A stretch of 32,000 nt of DNA, from contig NC_014034.1 of assembly GCF_000021865.1 (NCBI RefSeq), positions 180,001 to 212,000 on the forward strand, given 5' to 3'. A program made the position numbers and the translations under genes. The notes beneath the pieces are model-generated. The model was given only the letters and a program-made list of their open reading frames with translations, had not been told where the DNA came from and made no database searches. The stretch comes from Rhodobacter capsulatus SB 1003. Its GTDB lineage: Bacteria > Pseudomonadota > Alphaproteobacteria > Rhodobacterales > Rhodobacteraceae. This document shows, one piece after another, positions 16,801 to 23,032 of this stretch (position 1 is its first letter; every line of letters begins with the position of its first letter).

Positions 16801-19800
16801 GCCCCACCAGGCGTCGTTTTCCGGGATGGCGTGGAACTGCGGCAGGTAAAAGGCGATCAGCCGCGCCTTCGGATTGCTCAGATCGGTGGTCTGGCGACGC
16901 GGCACGAAGGTGTTCGTCTCGGAGATCAGCACCGGCGGCATCGGTTCGGGCGCGGGCGCGACGGGGGCGGGTGCGACGGGCGCCGCCGGTTCCGGGGCAG
17001 GCGCGGCGACAGGCTGCGGTTGTTCGGCGACGGGGGCGGGTTCCGGGGCGGCGACGGGCATCGCAACGGGCGCCGCGACCGGGGCGGGGGCGGCGGCAAC
17101 CGGCTGAAACTGCGCCTGTTGCCGCTGGATCGCCTGCAGCTGCGCCGCGACAGCCTCGCGTTCGCGTTTTGCTTCCTGCCAGGCCTGATAGAACTGCGTG
17201 CTGCCCAGAAGGAAGCCGGTCTTGCTCAGCACCTTGTCCTTGAAGCGCAGCTTGCGCGTCATCGGCACCGGCAGGTAATGCCAGATGAACCGCGCCGTCG
17301 CCGAGGCCGACCGTCGGCCGTTCCGCGTGATCCAGCGCGTGCCGGTCACCACCACCCGCATCGGCGCGGTGATCCGCCACGAGGTGCTGGACCGCAGCAT
17401 CGCGATCGTTGTCTCGTGCTGGGCGATCACCCGGTCCAGATGCGCGATGTGGTGATAAAGCGCCTGCATCTGCACATGGTTCTGATCGCGTTCGCCGATC
17501 AGCTGCGTGTCGCGTTCATGCAACAGCGCCTGCACATGCGCCAGCTCTCCGGCACGGGCCTGCAGCTGCTGCAGGATGTCGGTGCGATCGGCCAGGGTCT
17601 GCTCCAGCCGCAGGCTGCGATCGGTCAGCTGGCCGCGGGTCTCGGTCAGCTGTCCCCGCGCCTCGGCCAGATGCTGACGGGTCTGCGACAGCTCGGTCAG
17701 CTGGCTGTTGGCCTCCGTCAGCTGGACCCGGGTCTGCGTCAGCTCTCCGCGGGTCTCGGTCAGCTGGTCGTGGGTTTCGGCCAGCTGGTCGAAGGCCTCG
17801 GACAGCTTCGCGCGGGTGCCGGTCAGCTCCTCGCGGGTGCCGGTCAGCTGCGCGACGGTCTCGCCAAGTTTCGCCCGGGTGCCGGTCAGCTCCTCGCGGG
17901 TTTCGGTCAGCAGGCCGCGGGTCTCGGTCAGCAGGCCGCGGGTGTCCAGCAGCTGCTCGCGGGTGTCGGTCAGCTGGTCGAAGGTCTCGGTGAACTTCCC
18001 GCGGGTTTCGATCAGCTCCTCGCGGGTGCCGGTCAGCGCGGCCCGGGTCTCGGTCAGCAGCTCATGCGCCCCGGCCAGCTGCTCGCGGGTTTCCGCCAGC
18101 TGCGCCGAGGTGTCGGACAGCTTGACCCGGGTTTCGGCCAGCCCGTCACGGGCTTCGATCAGCCGGTTCTGGGTCTCGGTCAGCTGTTCGCGGGTTTCGG
18201 TCAGCCGCCCGCGGGTTTCGGTCAGCTCCTCGCGGGTGCCGGTCAGCTGCTGATGCAGCTCGCCAAGGCGGGTTTCGACGGCGCGACGTTCGCCCCGTTC
18301 GGCTTCCAGCCCCTCGGACACCGCCGCCAGCTGCGCGGTCGTCTCGGCCTTTTCGATGCGTTCCTGCTCCAGCTCGGCGGCGGCGTCGGTCAGCGCCCGT
18401 TCGGCCGTGGCCAGCCGGGCGACCAGCTCGTCGCGCTCGGCCTGCAGATGCTCGATCTGGGTCTGGCTGGCCGTCAGCTTCGCCTCGAGATCGGCCAGAC
18501 GCAGCATCAGATCCTGTTCCAGCTGCCACCGTTCGGTCTCGATCCGGCTGCGTTCCGCCAGACCGGCCTCCAGCTTCGCCCGGGCCTCCGAGAGCTGCTC
18601 TTCCATCTGGGCGATGCGGGCCTGTGTCGCCTCGTCGCGCTGGCCCTGTTCGGCCGCGCTGTCCTCAAGCCGCTTCGCGGCATCGTCAAGGCGCTGCTGC
18701 AGCATCTGGCCGGTGCTGCCAACTTCCGCCAGCCGCGCATTCAGCGCGTTGATCTCCTTGACCTTTTCGCTCAGCAGGCTTTGCGCCTGCATCAGCTCGT
18801 CGGTGCGCATCCGCACCGCATTCTCGCGTTCCGCCAGCCGCGCGCTCAGATCCGAGATGAAGGATTCGTTCTTGCGGTTCAGCTCGGCAACCGTGCTGTG
18901 AAGCTCCCAGATGCCGCCGACATTGCGGGTCATGTCCTCGTAGCGGGCCTGCAGGTCGAGATGCTCGTTTTCAAGCGTGCGCAGCGTCGTCTGCACCTGC
19001 GCCAGCATCCGGTCGGCGTCGCGCTGGGTCGGCAGCGTCAGCCGTTCCATCTCGTCAAGCTGCGCGCGCAGCCCGTCAAAGGCGGCCATCACCTCGGCCT
19101 TGTTCGGATCGGCGCACAGATCGGCCAGCGCGCGATAGATCTTCAGCGCCATCCCGGCGGTGTAATCGATCGCTTCCAGCGTGCCGGTATCGCCCGCGTG
19201 GTGGCGGTACTCCTCCGAGATGAAGGAATCCGCCTCTTCGGCGATCTCGTCGATCCGGCCCAGACGATCCAGCCCGAGATCGCGGCTGAGCCGTTCCGTC
19301 TCGGTCGCCCAATCCGCCATCAGGCCCGCGTAATCGACGAAGCTGCGCCGCAGGCCGCGGCTGAACATCTCGGCATCCAGCACATGGCGCATCCAGAGCA
19401 GCACGCCGCGCCGCAGCGGGATCCGGTCGCGGCTTTCCAGCGACCGGGCCACGTCCAGCGGGTTGCGATAGGGCAGGATCACCCGGGTCTCGAAGCCTTC
19501 CTCGGCCAGCGCCTCGATGACCGGCGGCGCCAGTCGGCAGACCCGCGGTTCCTTGAGCACCAGGCTGTAGCGGTTGCCCTTTTCCGTCCGCAGCCAGCTG
19601 CGCAGATTGCTGCGATAGGCGGCCGAGACCTCTTCGGGCAGGGCGTCGAAATCGATGTGCGACCAGTCGGACCAGGCGCTGCCGATCGTCTTCAGGAACT
19701 CCTCGTTGAGGGTGTTCAGGACGAGGGGCTCCCAATGGCCGGTCGGGTTGCTCTCGTTGGCGCCGATCAGCTCGGTCGGCAGGGCATAGCCCGCGATGTT

Positions 19801-20094
19801 CAGCAGGCGGCTGAGCATGCTGGTGCCGGAGCGGTGCATGCCCAGAACAAGAAGGCAGATCGGGGTCGTGTTCTGGGGCTTGCGGCGGCGCCCGGCGGGG
19901 GCGGGGGCGGCCTGCGCGGGCCGCCGCGACGACGTGGATTTGAGCGGAATTGCAGCGTTTCCGACGTTCTTTGGCCCAAGGTTTTTCATGCTTTGCCTTT
20001 GCTGTAATTCCGATTTTCGGGCGTGCGGCCACTGTGTCCGGCTGGAAATCGGGTGTAACGGGACCGGGCACGCCGTCAAGTCTGTTTGCGTCAT
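13858..20094 (-). CDS. Giant multidomain polysaccharide biosynthesis protein: sulfotransferase / long coiled coil / Pro-Ala linker / WbsX (GH99-like) / GT4 / GT2
   Basis: Approximate nt map: sulfotransferase 19860-19200 ([36 protein letters not shown]). Coiled coil 19110-17400. Linker 17103-16933. WbsX-like 16868-15835 ([36 protein letters not shown]). GT4 15810-14725 ([22 protein letters not shown]). GT2 14715-13861 ([34 protein letters not shown], EADD). An alternative ATG at 19989 would remove 35 aa. Confidence 0.9.
   Translation of the reverse strand: [2078 protein letters not shown]
16933..17103 (-). repeat. Low-complexity Pro/Ala/Val linker (57 aa) inside the giant CDS
   Basis: [57 protein letters not shown], with degenerate PAPVAA-type reiteration. 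Confidence 0.85.
17608..18246 (-). repeat. In-frame tandem array of 30 heptad units (21-bp period), consensus L-T-E-T-R-x-x
   Basis: [35 protein letters not shown] ... [14 protein letters not shown]: 29 units of 7 aa plus one of 10 aa (LTE+LSQTRQH), 213 aa in total. An exact 26-nt copy CGGGTGCCGGTCAGCTCCTCGCGGGT occurs at 17813-17838 and 17876-17901 (63-bp higher-order period). Confidence 0.95.
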
Positions 20095-20127
20095 CCCAGC
20101 GCCGTTCCGCGCTGCTTGCCCTGAGTT

Positions 20128-20931
20128 TCAGCGTTCCGAGAGGATTTTGCGGTGGTGGCGATGCAGCAGCAGCATTCCCAGCGCGCCGATCAGCAGCGAC
20201 ACCCCGTAAACATAGGCTTCGGACACGTAAACCGCGTCATAGGTGTCATAAATGCCCTTGCGCATCATCATCACGACATGGGTCGGCGGCACCAGCAGGC
20301 TGATGATCCGCACCGGCTCGGGCATCTGGTCGATCAGGAACAGCACCCCCGCCACAAGGAACATCGGCCGGTTCAGCACCGCCCAGACCATCTGCCAGGC
20401 CGGAAAGGTGCTCATCAGATAGCAGTTCAGCAGCCCGACCGCGGTGCCCAGTGCGATCAGCATCCCCCAGGCGCGGCCAAGCGCCGGGAAATTCAGGTTG
20501 ATCTGGCTGTGCTGCGTCGCGATGGCGACGGCGATGACGATGGCGAAGACCTGCAGCTGCGTCAGCGTCGTCAGGATCAGCCGCGCCGCGATCGCGTCGA
20601 TGTAGGTCACGCTCGGATAGGCCAGCAGCGCCTTGGAAAAGCGGATCGACATCGCGACGTTGATCGAAATCGCGTTATAGGCGGTCAGGGTCAGATATCC
20701 GCTGGCGTAGAACAGGATGAAGCTTTGCCCCAGCGGCGGCTTGTGCACGATCATCGAGAACACCACCGAAAGCAGCGCGATCGCCGCCACAGGTTCCGCG
20801 ACGGTCCAGAAATAGCCGCCGATGGACTTGCCGTAGGTCGTCGTCATCTCGCGCAGGATCAGCGCGAAGACGGCGCGGGCGCCGATCAGCCTGCTCCGGT
20901 TGGTCCGGACGGAAACGGCGGCTTTTGCCAT
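20128..20931 (-). CDS. kpsM: Capsular polysaccharide ABC-2 transporter permease
   Basis: 267 aa, six hydrophobic segments, N-terminus ...LILREMTTTYGKSIGGYFWTVAEP typical of the ABC-2/KpsM family. ATG at 20931 with GGAGG 9 nt upstream. Paired with kpsT and kpsE. Confidence 0.88.
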   Translation of the reverse strand: MAKAAVSVRTNRSRLIGARAVFALILREMTTTYGKSIGGYFWTVAEPVAAIALLSVVFSMIVHKPPLGQSFILFYASGYLTLTAYNAISINVAMSIRFSKALLAYPSVTYIDAIAARLILTTLTQLQVFAIVIAVAIATQHSQINLNFPALGRAWGMLIALGTAVGLLNCYLMSTFPAWQMVWAVLNRPMFLVAGVLFLIDQMPEPVRIISLLVPPTHVVMMMRKGIYDTYDAVYVSEAYVYGVSLLIGALGMLLLHRHHRKILSER

Positions 20932-20989
20932 GGAAACGGGCCTCCGAGAGGGGGTTCAGCACGTGTTCCCTAGTGCTTTTTCGCTTGCA
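20932..20989. promoter_or_regulatory. Divergent kpsM / kpsE intergenic control region
   Basis: Only 58 bp separate the two divergent start codons. It contains the CACGTG palindrome (in AGCACGTGTT) and the locally AT-richest stretch, TAGTGCTTTTTCGCTTGCA. No promoter hexamers could be assigned confidently. Confidence 0.35.
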
Positions 20990-22243
20990 ATGCGAGGGAC
21001 AAATAACCATGAGTTGCCTCACCTCGATGGCGCGACGGGAGTAAGGGCGATTAACAAGCAGCTGTCGGAAGCGGCCGATGCCGCGGTCAAACGGGCACCG
21101 AAGCCGATCCCCAATCCTGCCGCGGCCCGGCCGCGGTTCCGGCACAAGGTGCTTTTTTCCAGCTTCGTGCTCGGGGTTGTCGCCCCGACCGTTCTGGCCG
21201 TCGTCTATCTGTATCTGATCGCCGCCGACCAATATGCCTCGAAGGTGGGCTTCACCGTCCATTCCGAAGACATGAGTTCCGCCGGCGCGCTGCTGGGCGG
21301 GCTGTCGATGCTGACGCAAAGCAGCTCCTCGGATGCCGAGGTGATCTACGAATTCATCCAGAGCCGCACCCTGGTCGAGCGGATCAACCGCAAGATCGAT
21401 CTGGCGCAGGTGTTTTCGCGTCCCGCCTTCGATCCGGTCTTCACCTATGACACCGACGGCACGATCGAGGATCTGGTCGATTACTGGCAGCGGATGGTGC
21501 GGATTTCCTATGCCTCGAACAGCGGCCTGATCGAGGTCGAGACCCGCGCCTTCAGCCGCGAGGATGCGCTGGCGATCGCCCGCGAGATCGTCGCGGAATC
21601 GACCGCGGTGATCAACGAGATGTCGGCGATCGCCCGCGAGGATGCCACCCGCTACGCGCGCGAGGAACTGGCCGTGGCGATCGAGCGGCTGAAACAGGCC
21701 CGCGAGGAACGCACCCGGTTCCGCTCCAAGACCCGGCTGATCGATCCGGCGGCGGATGTGCAGGGGCAGATGGGGCTGATGACCTCGCTCGAGCAGCAGC
21801 TGGCACAGGCCTATATCGACCTGAACCTGACGCTGGAAACCTCGTCGGGCGACGATCCGCGGGTGTCGCAGTCGCGCCGCCGCATCGATGTGATCCAGAC
21901 CCTGATCGAACAGGAAAAAAGCAAGTTCGGCATGGGGGATACGGAAAACCCCGATGTGGAATCGAGCGAGGATTACCCGACGCTGATGGCCGAATACGAA
22001 CGGCTGAGCGTCGATGTCGAATATGCCAATTCGGCCTATCTGGCGGCGATGGCCTCGCTTGATTCGGCCAAGGCCGAGGCGCAGCGGCAAAGCCGCTATC
22101 TGGCCAGCTACACCACGCCCTCGATGGCCGAGGCCTCGACCTATCCGCAACGCGGTCTGATTGCCGGGCTGACGGCGGTGTTCCTGACGCTGGCCTGGTC
22201 GATCTGCGTGCTGATCTTCTACAGTCTGCGCGACAGGCGCTGA
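20990..22243 (+). CDS. kpsE: Capsule polysaccharide export inner-membrane protein (PCP-3, KpsE/CtrB family)
   Basis: N-terminal TM VLGVVAPTVLAVVYLYLIAADQYASKVGFTVHSE, a long periplasmic coiled region and a C-terminal TM GLIAGLTAVFLTLAWSICVLIFY. First ATG after kpsM is at 20990. The track start (TTG at 20900) would overlap kpsM. No SD is visible, so the start is uncertain. Confidence 0.82.
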   Translation: MRGTNNHELPHLDGATGVRAINKQLSEAADAAVKRAPKPIPNPAAARPRFRHKVLFSSFVLGVVAPTVLAVVYLYLIAADQYASKVGFTVHSEDMSSAGALLGGLSMLTQSSSSDAEVIYEFIQSRTLVERINRKIDLAQVFSRPAFDPVFTYDTDGTIEDLVDYWQRMVRISYASNSGLIEVETRAFSREDALAIAREIVAESTAVINEMSAIAREDATRYAREELAVAIERLKQAREERTRFRSKTRLIDPAADVQGQMGLMTSLEQQLAQAYIDLNLTLETSSGDDPRVSQSRRRIDVIQTLIEQEKSKFGMGDTENPDVESSEDYPTLMAEYERLSVDVEYANSAYLAAMASLDSAKAEAQRQSRYLASYTTPSMAEASTYPQRGLIAGLTAVFLTLAWSICVLIFYSLRDRR

Positions 22244-22247
22244 GCCG

Positions 22248-22931
22248 ATGATCGAGCTGCGGAACCTGAACAAGACCTTCCGGCTGAACGGGGTGTCGAA
22301 GACAGTGGCGCGCGACATCAACTTCGTCTTTCCGACGGGCGAGGCGGTGGCGCTTTTGGGCGGCAACGGCGCGGGCAAATCCACCATGCTCAGCATGATC
22401 GCGGGCACGGTCGAGCCGGACAGCGGCGAAGTGCTTTCGGACGGGTCGGTGTCCTGGCCGATCGGCTTTGCGGGCAGCTTTCACGGCGATCTGACCGGGG
22501 CGCAGAACGTGCGCTTCATCGCCCGCGTCTATGGCATCGACACCGACGAGGCGATCCGGTTCTGCCGCGACTTCGCCGATCTGGGGCAGCATTTCCACCT
22601 GCCGACGCGGACCTATTCCTCGGGGATGCGGTCCCGGCTGGCCTTTGCCATGTCGATGGCCGTGCCCTTCGACACCTATCTGATCGACGAGGTGATGTCG
22701 GTCGGCGACAGCTCGTTCAAGGCGAAGTGCCAATCCTTCATGCAGGAACGGCTGAAGACCTCAAGCGCGATCATCGTCTCGCACCAGTTCGGGGAACTCA
22801 AGCGGCTTTGCGCCTCGGGGGTCTATCTGGAGGGCGGGCAGCTTTATTACTACCCCGAGGTCGGCCAGGCGATCGAGCATTACCAGAAGGCGATGCAGCG
22901 CAATGCCGCCCGCACGCCCGGCGGCGTCTGA
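22248..22931 (+). CDS. kpsT: Capsule polysaccharide ABC transporter ATP-binding protein
   Basis: Walker A GGNGAGKST, signature YSSGMRSRLAFA, Walker B YLIDEV. 227 aa, i.e. ABC core only. Starts 4 nt after the kpsE stop. Confidence 0.93.
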   Translation: MIELRNLNKTFRLNGVSKTVARDINFVFPTGEAVALLGGNGAGKSTMLSMIAGTVEPDSGEVLSDGSVSWPIGFAGSFHGDLTGAQNVRFIARVYGIDTDEAIRFCRDFADLGQHFHLPTRTYSSGMRSRLAFAMSMAVPFDTYLIDEVMSVGDSSFKAKCQSFMQERLKTSSAIIVSHQFGELKRLCASGVYLEGGQLYYYPEVGQAIEHYQKAMQRNAARTPGGV

Positions 22932-23032
22932 GGGCCGTTGCGGATCCGCCCCCCCGGGCGTGCGCCGGTCTGCGGGCATCTTAACCCTCTCGCGGGAAAT
23001 CTGGGGCGGTTCATCACCCGCGGAGATCACCC

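Noticed and set aside
16232-17380. 382-aa minus-strand ORF and several 60-200-aa ORFs nested in the giant gene (e.g. 17409-17993, 17708-18253, 18356-18901).
   Set aside because: These are alternative frames of the repeat or linker DNA. Their periodic low-complexity translations (RSAGRG..., VSVS...) are simply the 21-bp repeat read out of frame.
17608-18246. Regular 21-bp periodic DNA repeat: could it be a CRISPR array or VNTR-type non-coding repeat?
   Set aside because: There are no unique spacers and the period is exactly 7 codons. The repeat is in frame within a 6.2-kb ORF and encodes a coherent heptad motif, so it is a coding tandem repeat.
13750-20007. Plus-strand ORF of 2,085 aa, as long as the giant minus-strand gene.
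   Set aside because: It is the codon-aligned antisense frame of the real gene. Both frames have plus-strand codon starts congruent to 1 mod 3. It stays open only because the sense gene uses no TTA, CTA or TCA codons over about 6.2 kb, which is expected with extreme GC3 bias. Its translation is Arg/Gly/Pro/Ala low-complexity with no recognisable motif, while the minus strand carries four clear enzyme signatures.
20675-22733. Minus-strand ORFs 20675-22408 (577 aa) and 21612-22733 (373 aa).
   Set aside because: Antisense to kpsE and kpsT, which have clear family motifs (Walker A/B, signature, PCP topology). The translations are Arg/Pro/Gly-rich.
22941-22950. GCGGATCCGC perfect 10-bp palindrome just after kpsT.
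   Set aside because: It is a loop-less palindrome in GC-rich DNA, too short to form a terminator hairpin, and no T-tract follows. It is most likely chance.
22981-22985. TTAAC upstream of the tail-fibre-like gene as a possible CtrA box (TTAA-N7-TTAAC), which would link it to GTA regulation.
   Set aside because: Only a single half-site is present. No second TTAA occurs at the required spacing, and a 5-mer is expected by chance. Kept only as something to test experimentally.
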